From positions 128,223-192,222 of the forward strand of contig RQSC01000028.1 of the NCBI GenBank assembly GCA_013416795.1: a DNA stretch of 64,000 nucleotides, written 5' to 3'. Below, piece after piece: positions 43,207 through 56,922 of the stretch. The DNA is from Prasinococcaceae sp. CCMP 1430 (taxonomy: Eukaryota > Plantae > Prasinodermophyta). The number at the start of each line of letters is the position of its first letter. Positions within the stretch are counted from its first letter, which is position 1. The position numbers and the translations under genes are program-made. A model generated the notes under the pieces. It saw nothing but the letters and a program-made list of their open reading frames with translations. It did no database searches and was not told the origin of the DNA.

Positions 43207-45231
43207 CTAACGCGCGCCGGAGTCAGGCCCATCCGCGGACGGCCGGGCCTCCTCCGCTCTCCCCTCGCGCTGCTGCGGGGCGAAGATCTTGTAGTGGAGC
43301 AGGCGCGTGTCGACGCCGCCGACCACGAGAGGCACTTTGGTTTCGGCGCGCATGCGCAGGTGGCGCGTGGCGCCGGGGTCTCCGCTGAGCGCGTAGCAGT
43401 CGCCGCCGCCCACCTCGCGACGCAGGAAGGCGGCGAGCGACTCCCACGAGCGCTGGGTGCCCGCCTCACCACCCTCGAGGCGCGCGCCCTCGCCGCCCCA
43501 TGGCGGGTTGGTCACGCAAAGCTTGCGCCCGCCCGGCGCGAGCGTGAGCAGCGCCGCGTCCTCGTTCGACAGCTCGAGGGCCTCCTCCACTCGCGCGGCG
43601 GCGGCATCGCGCGCCGTCATGTGCACCGCCGCCGGGTGGATGTCGTTGCCCACGATGCTGGCGCGCGGCAGGAGATCGCGCTCGCCGACCTCCGCCCGCT
43701 CGCACGCGTCGTCGTACACCGACGAGAACGCGGCCTTGTCGGCGTCGTGCCACCGCAGGAAGGGCCACGCGTCAGCGCTCGGATTGCGACCGAGGCCCGG
43801 GGCTACGTCCGAGGCGATCAGCGCCGCCTCGATGAGGATCGCGCCCGAGCCACACATGGGGTCGACGAGGTCGGGCAGCGGTTCCTCGGCCCCGCCCTCG
43901 CGCATCATAGGGGGGAAGTATCCTGCATGCAGCAGCATGCCCGCCGCGGCCGTCTCCGCCAGCGCCGCGCGATGCATCGACCCCGCCCGGTATCCACGCT
44001 TGTGCAGCGAGCCGCCGCTCATGTCGCGGTAGAGCTGCACCTCGCCACGATAGAACGTCGCGAAGAGCGGCAGATGCGCGTCGGAGCTGACCTCGGGGCG
44101 AGGGGGCTTGGGGCGACCCCACTCTCTCAGCTCGTCGCAGATCGCGTCCTTGATGCGCGTGGACGCGAGCACCTGGTGCGAAGGCGCGCGCGACGCGCCG
44201 GCGGTCAGCGAAGCGCGCGCGCGCGCGCGCGCGCGCGCATGGCGAGGCGGAGCGCGTCGCCACACACCTGCGAGGTGAGCTCACCGCAGTCGCGCACGCG
44301 CGAGTCCACGGAGAAGGTTGCCACACCGATGAAGCTCTCGCCGTACGCGTCGGTCACCTCCACGTCGGGCAGGAGCTCATTCCAGTCCACGGCGTCGCGC
44401 GCGAAGGCGTACACCGCGTCGCCGGGCTCGAGCGCCTCGTCGAGGAATCCGCTGGCGAGGCGCTCCAACACACGCACCGCGGAGCGGCACCACAGGTTGG
44501 CGGCGTAGCCTACGGCGATGTCGCCGCGGAAGGATACGCCGGCGGAGTGCGCCTGCGGCACACGCACGCGCGCGGATCACGCCAGGGGCGCGGGTCAGTG
44601 CGCGGACTCGCGCGAGCGCTCGAATGCGGGCGCATACCTCCGTGCGCGCGCAGTGCGCACTCACCTCGACGCGATGCGCGCCCACGTACGGGCTGGCGAG
44701 CTCCTGCGCGAGCACGCGCTCGAAGCCCGGCATGCACGTCGCCCAGTACAGGCGCGTGCGCGGCGGCTCGGGCTGGATGCGAGCCGCGCGGAAGCCGGGC
44801 GTCGCGCTGAGGGGATGATGAGCGCGTCAGCATCCGGGGCACGGGCGGCGAGCACGCGCAGATACGCTCGCGCGAGCGCGCAAAGCTCCACGCACCTTGG
44901 CGTCGACGCGCCTGAGCCCCCTGCCCCCATGGCTGCGCCCGCGCCCGCGCCCGCCCCGTCGGCCGCCCACCAGTCGGATGCCTCCTGCTGGCCGTCATTG
45001 TCTCGCCGCTGGGGCGCACCGCCGCCACGTTCCCCGGAGTTCCAGCCAAGGCTCTCACGACCACGGCCCTGCTGGCCGCCCTCGCGCGCGCCCTCGCCTC
45101 TAGGCGTCTCGTAGCCGCGCTGCGGCGGGCGCTGCCTCTCCTGGCGCCCGCGTCCAGCGTAGCCGCCGCGCTCTCCACCGCCGAACTCGTCCCGCTGGGG
45201 GCGCGGCGGCCCGCGGTCGCGGCCGCCCCCA
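43207..45231 (-). CDS. THUMP-domain SAM-dependent RNA methyltransferase (RlmL/Trm14-like); 5' end in gap
   Basis: Exons >45231-44896, 44806-44665, 44552-44268, 44172-43207. YWATCMPGFERVLAQEL, ANLWCRSAVRVL, SLHKRGYR, DPMCGSGAILIEAA, VTNPPWG. RGG-rich N-region. Confidence 0.88.
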
Positions 45232-45673
45232 NNNNNNNNNNNNNNNNNNNNNNNNNNNNNNNNNNNNNNNNNNNNNNNNNNNNNNNNNNNNNNNNNNNNN
45301 NNNNNNNNNNNNNNNNNNNNNNNNNNNNNNNNNNNNNNNNNNNNNNNNNNNNNNNNNNNNNNNNNNNNNNNNNNNNNNNNNNNNNNNNNNNNNNNNNNNN
45401 NNNNNNNNNNNNNNNNNNNNNNNNNNNNNNNNNNNNNNNNNNNNNNNNNNNNNNNNNNNNNNNNNNNNNNNNNNNNNNNNNNNNNNNNNNNNNNNNNNNN
45501 NNNNNNNNNNNNNNNNNNNNNNNNNNNNNNNNNNNNNNNNNNNNNNNNNNNNNNNNNNNNNNNNNNNNNNNNNNNNNNNNNNNNNNNNNNNNNNNNNNNN
45601 NNNNNNNNNNNNNNNNNNNNNNNNNNNNNNNNNNNNNNNNNNNNNNNNNNNNNNNNNNNNNNNNNNNNNNNNN
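45232..45673. other. Assembly gap (N run)
   Basis: 442 N. It contains the divergent 5' ends of the THUMP and SDR genes. Confidence 1.
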
Positions 45674-46953
45674 CCGTCGCGGACGGCGCTGGCCGCACGG
45701 CGCTCGTGACGGGCGCCAACAGCGGCATCGGCCTCGAGGCCGCCCGAGCGCTCGCGCGAGCCAACTGGCGGGTGGTGTGCGCGGCGCGCTCCGATGCTGC
45801 AGTTGAGGCCGCCGCCGCCGCCGTGCTCGCCGCGGCGCCGGGCGCGGACGTCGAGTGCGCCGCACCGATGGACCTGCTGGACCTCGCGCAGGTGCGCGAG
45901 GCGGCGCTCGCCTTCAGCAACAGCGCAGGGGGAAGGTGCGACGCGCGGCACAGGCACGCATGCGCGCCTGCGCCACGCTCGGGCGCGCTCAAACTTGCAT
46001 GGGCCTCCGCAGTGGCGCTGGAAACGCAATCGAGAGCTGCTGACACTTTGCGCGCGTCGCGCCTTCGTGCGGGTGCCGAGTAGCGACGCCTCGCCGCGCC
46101 CGCTGCACGCGCTCGTGCTCAACGCCGGCATTATGGCGGCGCCATGCACGCCCGCGGGTGTGCACGGGTTGGAGCCGCACATGGCTGTCAACCACCTGGG
46201 ACACGTCGCGCTTGCCAAGCAGCTGCTACCCGGCGTGCGCGCTGCGGCCGCTGGGGAGCACGCGTATGGCCGCGTCGTGAGCGTGAGCTCGCTGGCGTGC
46301 GCGCTCAACGGGCTGCGCGAGCGACTGGAGGGTGCGTGCGCGCGTGTGCGCTTTCGCGCGCGGTCGAACGCGACTGCCATCGCCACTGCCTCGTATTCTT
46401 GCGCGCGTGCCCTGTCGCGCAGTCGCGCGCCGGCGCATCTGCCTGACCCTCCGCGGCGTTGGGTTGCGATGCAGCTGGGGACCTTCGCGGCGAGGCCCTC
46501 ATGGATTCTGAGCGTCGTGGCGGGCTGGGTGCGCAGGGAAGCCGCTGGCGTGCGTACGCAGACAGCAAGGCCGCCAACGCGCTCTTCGTGGCGAACCTCG
46601 CGCGGCGCGAGGCCGCCGCGGGCACGGGCGTGACGGCGCTCGCTGTGCACCCGGGCGTGGTCAGCACGAACCTGATCCGCTATGTGCTCCCCGAGTCTGC
46701 GCTCGCTTCGATGCAGGCCGACCCGGAGAAGTCGCAGGCGGCCGCCAGCCTCTTGGGCGTTCGCACTCCCGCTGAGGGTGCAGTGCCCGTCGTTTGGTGC
46801 GCCGCCGCCGACGAGGCGGCCGCGCTGAATGGGGGCTTCGTCGTGACGCCCGGCGAGGTCTTCGCTAACCTGCCGAGCGATGTGCGCGACCCCGTACTCG
46901 CAGCCAAGCTGTGGGAGGACAGCACGGCGCTGCTCGGCCAGATGGCAGCCTGA
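45674..46953 (+). CDS. Short-chain dehydrogenase/reductase (retinol-DH / POR-like subgroup); 5' end in gap
   Basis: ALVTGANSGIGLEAARALA (TGxxxGIG), LVLNAGIM, NHLGH, VVSVSS and YADSKAAN (YxxxK). Introns 45936-46083 and 46332-46474. Confidence 0.92.
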
Positions 46954-47149
46954 CCGAGGACGTCTTTCGGCGACGGCGCGCTGACATAAAGTTTTTGACA
47001 AGTTTTTCCTCGTCGTCCTGCAGAGGGGGCAGTGGCGCGTGGCTGGGGACGCCATGAGGGACCGCGCGTGCGGCACAGAGTACGAAAAAATATAGAAATC
47101 TTACTTCCTTCACATGCTCTCATTGTGACAGGTGCGCCGCGGTTGGCGA

Positions 47150-50132
47150 TCAGCTGCTCTCGATGCCGAGCCTCTCCACGGCGGATGGCGGCAGCATGGC
47201 GGCGGGGTCGAGCCCGCCGTGAATCACCGACGCCATCGACACGCACGAGCGCTCGACCTTTGCGATGGGGTTCACACTTTTCTTCACGAGGGTGTCCATG
47301 AGCGTGTCGTCAAAGCAGTGTGTGGCAGCCAGCACCACGTGCAGCTCAGCCTCGGACACTTCCAGCTCGCCGCTTTGGCTCAGCGCGTCAAGCAGGCCGA
47401 ACGCTTCCGCGCGCGCGGCCTTCTCCTCCTCGGAACCCTTGGCCAACGCGCTCGTACTCTTGGCGCCCAGCAACTTGGGCTGCGACGCCTTGCTCCAGAC
47501 GTCAGCTGGCTTGATAATTGTCGCGCGCAGCGCCCCCGAATTCGCCTCGCCACCGGCACACGCGGCGTCGAGTCGCGAGGGCAGTGTGGTCAAATCTGCG
47601 TAGAGATCCAGGTCCACGGTACCACCTGTTGACGCGGATCCGCCCGCGCCGCCAACCTGGGCGACGGGCTGCGGGGCAGGCGTGGGTTCCGGCGGCGCCG
47701 CGAAGCCCTCCGCAACAACAGGCGCTGCCACGGGCGCCTGAGCCGGGACCGGAGGGTTAGCCGGGACCGGCGCGTGCCTGGCCATCGCCACCTGTGGCGC
47801 GCCTCTGGCCATTACCCTCTGCGCCGCCGCGGCCGGCGCGCCGCCGAACAACGTTGACACGGGGGGGGGGGGGCGCACTCCTCTTCATCCGGGTGGCTGT
47901 GAACACCTGTTCCAAATCCGCTAAGTCATCACGGCACCCTCCCTCGTCCATTTGTTCGTCGAACGACCCAACGACGCCCTTTTCGAAGCGGCGCTGCAGC
48001 ACCGCCTCGTCTGCCTCGGCTTTCTTCTCCTCTGCAATCATCTCGTTCATTGCGGCGACCTGCGAGCGGACGGCGTCCATCTTGTCCTTGGCACGCGCAT
48101 CGGCATCGCCGCCGTACGAGAGCAAGTCAGAGGGCATCTGGTACTTCGTAAACAAGGTCATGAGGTCACGCGTGAGCTTGATCTCCTTCGTAAGGGCGTC
48201 GGGCGGGAGATTGAGGAGGCGCTCCAATTGCGGCTTGACCTGAATGACAGCGACGCCGAAGAGCGTCGACGCGAGCTGCATGGCTCGAAGGCCCTTGCAG
48301 AACTCCTGCTGTTCGGGGCTGAGGCTCTCAATGGCATCGCGGAACTCCTTCTGCGTGGGGATCGCGTCCAGCACGAGCGGAATGTCGAGATCATCCTTGT
48401 CGCGCACCAGCAGTGCCGCCACGGGCGTCATCTCGTCCGCGGCCGTGATGGTACCCGCCACCAGCACGAAGCACGAAAATTGGCGCGCGCGCGCGCGCAG
48501 GTGCAGCCGCAGCGCGCCCGAGGACGAGAAGGCGTGGCGCACGATCCCGTGGACGTACCGGTCGCCCGTGAAGGCCAACCGCGCCGATGCCGAGAGCTTC
48601 ACGTGCATGGGCGGCACTGGCCTGCTGCCGTCTCCCAGCCTCGTGGCTACCATGGTCTCGATAGGTTTGGAGTCGCCATCGCCGCAGATGCTCAGCTCGC
48701 CCTCCGGCGCGTGGCCGGGTCGCCTCACTGCGTAGCAAAAGGGGCGTGGGCGATAGGCAGGGCCGAAAAGCGAGCGGCAGTGAAAGGCCATGCACTCTGT
48801 GAAGTCCTGCTCGGTCAAGGTGCGTCCAACAGCCGCAGCCACCTGGCGTCGGAGCATGTCTTCGACGTCAGACACTGCCGACACTACAGAGGTGGCGACA
48901 TCATATAAGAAGCTTCCCACAGCCGCGCCGACCCACACCTCGGCCGCGGAGCAGGGCCCGTTCGGCCGCGGCGACGCAGCCGCCTTCCGCCCAATCTGCG
49001 TGTGGAGGCTCTCAAGCGAGCGCATCGACTCTCCCAGCAGCGTCGACATGTCGGCGTCGCTCATCAGCTCGACGTCGTCCGAGTCAGCCCGCGGCAGGAC
49101 CACGCGCACGGCAGCGACAACATCGGCACATGGAGCGTCGGCAGCGGGTGATGCGCTCCCCGCCGACTTACTGGGCGCTCTGCCGTCGGCAAGCGCGAGC
49201 GCAGCAGGCACAGCGATGTAGACGCCGCTGGCGACCGCCGCTGCGTGCCTGGCGAACTTGTCGTCGCCCCCGTAAGGCAACCATCCAGGCACCCATCCAG
49301 CTGCGTGGCGATGCTGTTCCGGGTCCAGCGAGCAGATTCCCCTCATGGTGCGCTTGAGCCCTCCGGCAAAGGCCGCGGCACACTGGAAGTGCTCAACTGC
49401 CGCCGAAACCTGAGCGTTGCGCGCGGGAGTGTGGCAGTCCTTGGCAGCTCGGTCGATTTCGAAGCGGATGGACATGTCCTTTTCGACCTGCCTCAAGAGC
49501 CACGTGACGTCCAGATGCAGAACCCACAAGGGAGCCTCCTTGGGGCGCGGACTCGTCTCGTTGCCCGTGACGAGTTCCACCGGCTCCGAAGCTCGCCCCG
49601 CGAGCATGACGCACGCCCCACCGGCGTCGTCTGGCGCAGCGCCAGTGAAGAGCCGCAGCTTCCACTCGGCGGACACGGCCCAGACCCATTCCTTCACCTC
49701 CCGCCTCACGGACACGCTTCTCTCTCTGGTCTTCTGTCCGAAGCCGAATGGCCCTCCCGAGCGCTCTTCTGTGACGGTTTCGGTGAGATTCGGCGACTCC
49801 TCAACGCGTATGCGATGTCCCATCGGCGTGCAGTGCTCCGCGCCGTCAAGCTGCAGCGTCACCGTCTTGCCCGCGCGCTGCCACTCGAGCGCCTGCGTGA
49901 GGAGCTCATTGCTAAGACCAACCGCCCGTAGCGCCGCGAGCTCTGACGCCGCTGCCGCGCCCACTGCGGCAGCGACGATGGCGAACTTGTCGCCGTAGGC
50001 GTGCGCTGCGTCGCCCGCATAGCGCAGCGGCGCCCTGGCGTCGCCAAGCACACGCCTGGCCGCCTGCAGCGCCGCCTGCACCTTCTCGCGGAACGCAGCG
50101 TCGCTGAGCGCGAACGCCGCCTCCGACGCCAT
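47150..50132 (-). CDS. Large conserved-looking hypothetical protein, split by a one-base frameshift in a 13-G run
   Basis: ORF 50132-47757 and ORF 47878-47150 join if the run at 47861-47873 is 12 rather than 13 nt. Both halves look globular (IPTQKEFRDAIESLSPEQQEFCKGLRAMQL; AFGLLDALSQSG...THCFDDTLMDTLVKKSVNPIAKVERS). Confidence 0.7.
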
Positions 50133-51097
50133 GGCGCGCGGCGCCGAGCGGCGCGGAGCTGAGGCGGGAGCGAGAGAGGCGCGGTGCTGCGCGCGGGTGC
50201 GCGGCGGCGAGCGGTGGCTCCGAGGGCGAGCTCGCGAGCGGTCAGGGCCTATGGCCCACGTCGCGCGGGCGCGTCCGGGGCGCGGTGTGGCCGCGCCGAG
50301 CAGCGCGCCGCACCTGCGCGCTGTTACGGCGGTACGCGCGCCACCTGTGCAGCGCGGAAGCTTCCGATTTACAGCGGAACGCTCACGTACATCGTTTTTG
50401 ATGAGCCCGGCGCATGCATTCGCCGCGCGGGCGTTTTGCGATACGGCGCCTCATATTAACTGCCCGCACGAACGGACGCCCAGCGGCAACGTCTTGTCCA
50501 ATCCGGGTTTCGCGCGCTCGAGCGCGCCGCGCACAGCACACATTTAGGGTAGGGTTTGCATGCACAGTACGTACTTGCACGTTGCATGATGGCAGACCAG
50601 CTTTGTAGAGAGAGCACACGCGCGCAAGCCGCGCGCCCGGTTTCCACGGCCGGCGAACTCAAATGCGCAACCCGCCCGGCGAATCGCGTACGCCCGCGCG
50701 CCGTCTGAAGGGGCTTTCACCTCAGGCTTGCGCCATCAAGTCGGAGAGATGATGTCTCCCGTGGGTATTGAATATGTGGTGTTTATGTGTTGGTTTGTAT
50801 GGATCCTGCGCGCGGCGCGGCGCCGGGGAGGGCGCGGGCGGCGCGCGCCGAAATTCCTCCGCGGTTTTGTGTGCTGGGGAGGGCGGCGGCGGCGGGGTGT
50901 TTGCCGTTGCCGCTGCGGCGCCACTCGGCGCCGTGCTCGTGCGAGGCGCGGGGGCGCGCCGCGAGGGAGGGGCGAGGGAGGGCCGCAGGCGCGCCGAGGC
51001 GCTCAAAGCCCGCCGCATCTGGCCGCGCGCGAGTGCGCACGGGGGCGGGGGTGGGAGGACCAGGCATTGCGGGGTGCTGCGGGAGGGGTGGGTGGCC

Positions 51098-54000
51098 ATG
51101 TCGTCGCAGCTGGAGGCCTTCGTGGTCAAATCGCTGAAGACGCTTCGCGCTGAGGTGCCGCGCAAGGAGGCCAAGCTTCGCGAGGACATTACCGCGTGGC
51201 TCGGTACGTGCGCCACTGCCGCGGCGCACGGTGCTGCCGCGGCGTGTGCGCGTCGAGCGCGATGGCTGGCGCGTGCGGGGCGCCGCGGTGCGGCGCGCGG
51301 CTGCGCAATCTGGCAATGGACTCGTTGGGGAACGCTCTGCTCCAGGAGGTGCTCCCTGCTGCTGCGGAGCGCACGGGCCGGACATGCGGCATGTGATTGT
51401 GCGAATTTTACCTGATTGCTGACTCATGGCTGCGTCTGCGGCGCGCCGCTGGCGCGCCATGCGGGCGCCGCGAGAGCAGATGCGCAGCAGGCATGCGAGC
51501 GCGGCGCGGCGCGCGCAGGCTCCACTCCCCCTCCAATGGACATGGAGGGACTGCAGTCGGTTCTCGAGCGCGCAGTGGGCTGCGGAGCGCCTCGCGCCGT
51601 CGCGGTCGCGCTCAGCATCGTGCACCGGCTGATCGCCTACGGCGCCATCGAGGGAAGGCAGAAGCCGCATCTTGACGACTCGTCCGAGCCATCCTCCCCG
51701 ACCGCGCCGGCGTCGCAAGGGAATGGGCAGCAAGGGGGCGGGGCTGATCAGCAGCAGCAGCAAGATCAGGAGCAGGGCCAGCATGCGGATGGGCAGCAGC
51801 ATCTGCGCGAAGGGCCTGTGCCGCCCGATGCGCTCGAGCGCGCGGTGCAGATCACGTGCGAAGCGGCGGAGCAGGGCGACGATGTGATCGATCTGCAGGT
51901 GGTCAAGCTGTTGCTGACGGCGGTGAGCCTGCCGAGCGGCGCGGTCGCTGGCGAGTATCTATTGATGGCGGTGCGCACCTGTTACAACATCGTGCTGGTG
52001 TCGGAGGACATCAACATCCAGACGACGGGCACGGCGACGCTGCAGCAGATGCTTGGCGCTGTCATGCAGCGCTGCGCATTCGAGGCTGCGTCGCGCGCTG
52101 CCCTCGAAGAGGACGCGGATGCAGCAAATGGCGTGGGTGGTGCGACATTGGTGGGGCCGTGCGAGCGCGACGCACTGGTGGTGTTCCGCGCGCTGTGCAA
52201 GCTCAGCCTGCGGGACAAGATCGCCGATGGCTCGCCCGACCAGGCGCTGCTCAACAAGCGCCTCTCCCTGGAGCTCGTGCGCCACATGTATGACCGCGGC
52301 AGCGCACCATTCCGAAGCGCGGCAGCGCAAGCCACGTCGGTGCGCGAGGCGATGTGCATGGCCATCTTGAGAAATTCGGTGGCTGCGCCGCCCAAGGTGT
52401 CGGTGCTCGCCGCGGGCTTGCTCGCCAGCGTGTACGCGCACTCTCGCCATATGCTGAAAACCGAGATGGGTGTCATGATACCGGCGGTTGTGCTAGCCCC
52501 CATCGAAGCTGTCGCGGGAATCGACGCCTCTCGCACCAAGGGTGAACCTCAGCAGGCAGCGGCAATGCCGGCGGCGCCCGCAGCTTCGGCGCAGACGAAC
52601 GGCGGCGGCGGACACGGCGCGGGTGGGTCGGCGGGCGCGGGCGCCGCGATTGCTTTTGTATCCACCACCGCTGGCTCCGCGCAGGCTCTGGTGGACCTCT
52701 TCATCAACTACGACATGGAGGTGTCTGCGGGAGCGGCGCTGTTCGAGCGTTGCGTCCGTGGTGTGTGCGCAATTGCCTCGGCGGCGACAGCGGCAGCGCA
52801 AGTGACGGGTGCGCAGCGCGCGGCTGTCACAGCGGCATGCGCGCTTGCGGAACGGCTGGGCGAGTGGGCAGTGAGCGGCGGTGAAATTGACGGCGACGGT
52901 GCCGAGTGGGACGCAGGCCACGACGCCGACGCCGCCGCTGCCGCCGCCGGCGGCGGCGGCAGCGACAGCATCGAATACGAGTCCGTCAAGTCGGCGAAGG
53001 CGACGCTGTCGTCTGGCCTGGCGCTTTTCAACGATAAACCAGCGAAGGGCGTCGCAGCGCTGCTGGAGGCGGGCCACATCGCCGTGGATGGGCGCGGCGC
53101 GGACGACGGCGGCGGCGACGCAGGGGCGGCCGCAGCGGTTGCGGCCTTCCTGGCGCGCGCCGACGCCCTGGGGCTGAGCAAGACATCCGTCGGCGAGTAC
53201 CTCGGCAGCGAGGATCCAGCCGCCGTTGCTGTGCTAAAGGCGTACATTGCGGCCATGGACTTCAGCGACCTCTACATCGACGAGGCCATTCGCAAGGCGA
53301 TCAAGGGGTTCAGGCTGCCGGGTGAGGCCCAGAAGATCGATCGCATAATGGAGGTGCTTGCGTCGAAGTATTGCGCCGACAACCCGGGGGTGTTCAAGTC
53401 CGCCGACACGGCGTACGTCCTGTGCTACTCCATTATGATGCTGCACACCGACGCGCACAACCCGCAGGTAGAGAACAAGATGAGCCTCGAGGACTTTCGC
53501 AATAACAATGCGGGCATCTCTGAGGTGGAGGAGGTGCCAGTGGGTATGCTCGACGGCATCTACGAACGCATCGTTGCCAAGGAGATCAAGCTGCAAGGGG
53601 ATGACTTCACGTACGCACGTGGCGGCGCCGACCAGAAGCAGCTCGGCGGGTGGGCGGCCGCGCTCTCTGCGCTTGGCCGCGGCAAGAGCAAGGCGGAGCA
53701 GGCGGCCGAAGACGCACAGGCGGCCGTGGCGCGCGAAATGGCCAACATGAAGCGCGTGCGCGCAGCGGGGCAGACCTACGTGTCTGCGAGGGGCGCCTCG
53801 CTGGTGCGGCCGATGCTGCAGGCCGTTGGCAAGGACTTGCTTTGCGCGCTCGCCTCAGCGTGCAACGGGCCCGTGTTCGCAGCGAAGCTGCTTGGACAGG
53901 AGACCCCGGGCCGCGCGGCGGCCGCGGGTGGCAGCAATGGAGCCGGTGCGGCGCAGGTGCCTCTGCCGCCCCCTGAGGGTGAGGTGCCCACCTTTGCGGC

Positions 54001-56511
54001 GCGTGCCCTTGCGGCGCTTGCGCGCGCCGCATGTGCGGTGGGTGATGTGGGTGTACGGGACGGCGCGTTGGTGACTTTGCGCCGAGCGGCGACCCTCGGC
54101 CTTCCGTCGGCGATGCGCTCTCGTGTGTCGGCGATGGCCGCTCACGAGATCGTCGCGTTGGCGATCAGCTCAGGCGATGGGCTCGGGGAGGACGGCTGGG
54201 TGATCGTATTGGAGACGATGAGCCGGACCGAGGCGCTCGCGTTCGAGGATCACGGCACGGACGACGCACTGGTCGCGCGGGGTGCTCTGGAGGCGCGCGG
54301 GTGCCCCAACCTCGCACCCTCGTCGGTCGTGGCGGAGCAGCGAGCACGCGAAGCAAATCCGCGCGGTGCAGGGCGCACCGCGCGCGCACAAGCGCAGGCG
54401 CTGTGGAGCTGCCGCTCGGAGTCGGCGCGGGTGTGCATCGGCGAGCTCGAGCGCGCGTGGGGTTCCGAGCCAGGCGCCCTAGCTGCGCGGCTCTGGGCGT
54501 CGGCCTCGACGCTGGAGGGCGACGGGCTTGTCGCGCTGGCTCTGGCGCTCTGCGCGGTGTCGGAGCGAGAGCTCGCCGCGCCGCGCGCTCCGCGTCTGTT
54601 CCTGCTTCAGGGCTTGGTCGAGACGGGCCACTACGCCGCCAGCGCGAGCGCCAAATTGGTTTGGGGTCGCGTGTGGGGTGCTATGGCGGGGCTCTGCATG
54701 AACGCAGGGTGCAGGCCGGAGGAGGCTGTGGCGCTGCGCGCGGTGGACTCGCTCAGGGCACTCGCAAGCCGCCTGCTCTGCCGCCTCGATGCCGAGGAAG
54801 CGGAGGCCCCACAGTCGGGCCCCGGTGGCGCGGCGGACGCGGGAAGTCCCGCTCCTGGGGCTGGCGCCGGCTCGCTCGCGCTACAGAACGAGATCTTGCG
54901 CCCTTTTGCGGCCATTGCACGACGCGCGCGTGGCGCGGCTGCGCGTGAGCTGGCAGTGACAGCGGCCGTGCGGCTTGCCTGTGGTGGCGGCACCGACAGT
55001 GGCGCGCCGCTGCGCTCGGGCTGGCGTTCAGTGCTCGCGGCACTCACCGCTTCGGCATTCGATGCCGATGCCAACGTGGTACGCGCTGGCCAGGTCGCAC
55101 TGCGCTTCGCGTTCGATCGCGGGCTGTCGCAGAGCCCGAGTCTGCTCTTCGGTGACGCCAGCGATGCGTTGTTCGCAGATTGCGTCGCATGCATGGCTGC
55201 CTTCGCATGCGCGCCTCCTGCCGACGCCGACGCTGCCTTGGTCCTCTTCGGTGCCATCGCGGAGATGCTGGCTGGTCTTCCCGCACTGCCGCGTGCGCGC
55301 ACCGACTCGCCGCAGCAGGGCCAGCTCAAGGGCGGCAAGCCGCAGCATATTACCGGCGCAGAGGTGCGCTGGTGGATGCTTTGTGACGCGCTGGTGGGCA
55401 TCGCTGCGCAGTGCGAGTCGTCGCGTCGCGCGCCAGCTATCGGCGCGCTCTTCGCGCTGCTCACGCGCCACGCATCAACGCTGGACGGGTCCTTCTGGGC
55501 GAGGGTGTACGAGCGCGTGGTCTCGCCGTTATTTGAGGTTGGTAGGGGTGTGGCGGGGACCGAGGCTTCGGACGTGTGGATGGCGGCGACCGTCGAGGCC
55601 ACGCTCACCCCGCTCGTTGCGCTCCTCGGCTCATGCGAGCCTGCCATGCGCGCCATGACCGGCAAAGTGTCCGAGCTCCTCGGCGAGCTCCTGCTCGGGC
55701 CGTGGAGCGTGCAAGAGCTCGCTGGTGCGCAACTGCGCGCATTGTGCTGTGCGCTCTCGGCGCTGGGCGCTGGCGAAGAGCCGTGGGCGGCCACGATGGA
55801 GGCGCTGGAGAGCGCGGCGAGTGCGCTCGCGCCCGTGGCCAGCCAGCACGCAGGCGGTGAGGGTGGCACGCCTCTGAGCCCCGACTCAGAGCTAGCTGCG
55901 ATTGCCTCGTCGCACGACGCGCTCTTCCAGAGCGATGAATCGGCGGCGAGCGATGGGGGCGCTGTCACGAGTGCTGGCGCAGGCGCCGCAGTGAACGTGC
56001 TGCACACGGTTGGCTCGCTCGCACTCACGCGCGCGGTGGCCACGGTCCTCACCGAGTGCGGTTCCACCATCCCAGGGGGCGCACGTTTTAGTTGTAGGGA
56101 GCTGCTCGGGCGCCTCGCCCGCGATGCGGGCGCGATGCTCGCCTCTTCGTCAGGGGGCGCCCGCGATGCGACGCTGGACCCGATGGCGGTGGACGTGCTC
56201 GCGCAGCAGGAGGCGGAGGCAGGCGAGGTGTACATGTCCATGCTGATGATGGAGATGGACGACGGTGGCGCGACGTCCGCAGCCGCCGAGGCGTCCTTCG
56301 TCTCTTTCGCCAGCGTCGCGCTGCGCTCCGCCTCGCGGAAGGGCGGGCACACCGCACCGTGTGCGGCCGCTGCGCGCGCGCTGCGGCAGGCCGGCAGCCG
56401 CGGCAGCGCTCGACGATGGCTGCGGCCATCGCGCACGCCGACGCGCCCGCGCGAAACGCCATCGCCGACACCATGGAGGCCGTCGTCGGCCCGCGCGTGG
56501 CCGCGGGGTGA
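51098..56511 (+). CDS. BIG: Brefeldin-A-inhibited Arf guanine nucleotide exchange factor (BIG/Sec7 family)
   Basis: Exon 51098-51203, intron to 51518, then DCB/HUS regions (LVDLFINYD) and the Sec7 domain FRLPGEAQKIDRIME...AYVLCYSIMMLHTDAHNP, HDS regions and LRSGWRSV. A natural-looking C-terminus ends at 56511 in a shifted frame. Confidence 0.93.
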
Positions 56512-56922
56512 CCGGCCCGCCGCGGGCCCAGGCAGGAGGCGGAAAGGCGCGCCACCCTGCGCCAGCCCCTCACCTGTAATGAGCGCTACAAACCGCATCG
56601 AGCACACATGCTTGAAAAGTTTGCGGGCATTGACAGTGACTTTCGCAGGCGTGCGCGACCTCCGATGCGATATCAAAAAGCATGCAACGACGGCCCGTGG
56701 GACGCGCGCGCCGCGGTACGCAGCGTGGCAGCCGCCACACGGCGCGCTCGCGGCGGGGCGCGGCGGCTGCTCACAGAGATATGTACGTGAACGCATCCGA
56801 CCGCTCGCTAGGGCGGGCCATCCTTCTTCACGCCGCGCGTTGCCACGGGCGCTTCGCTGGCAGCGCGCGGTTTACCCACCCGAGCCTTCGCGGGTTTTGT
56901 GCGACGCATTGACAGGACGGGG

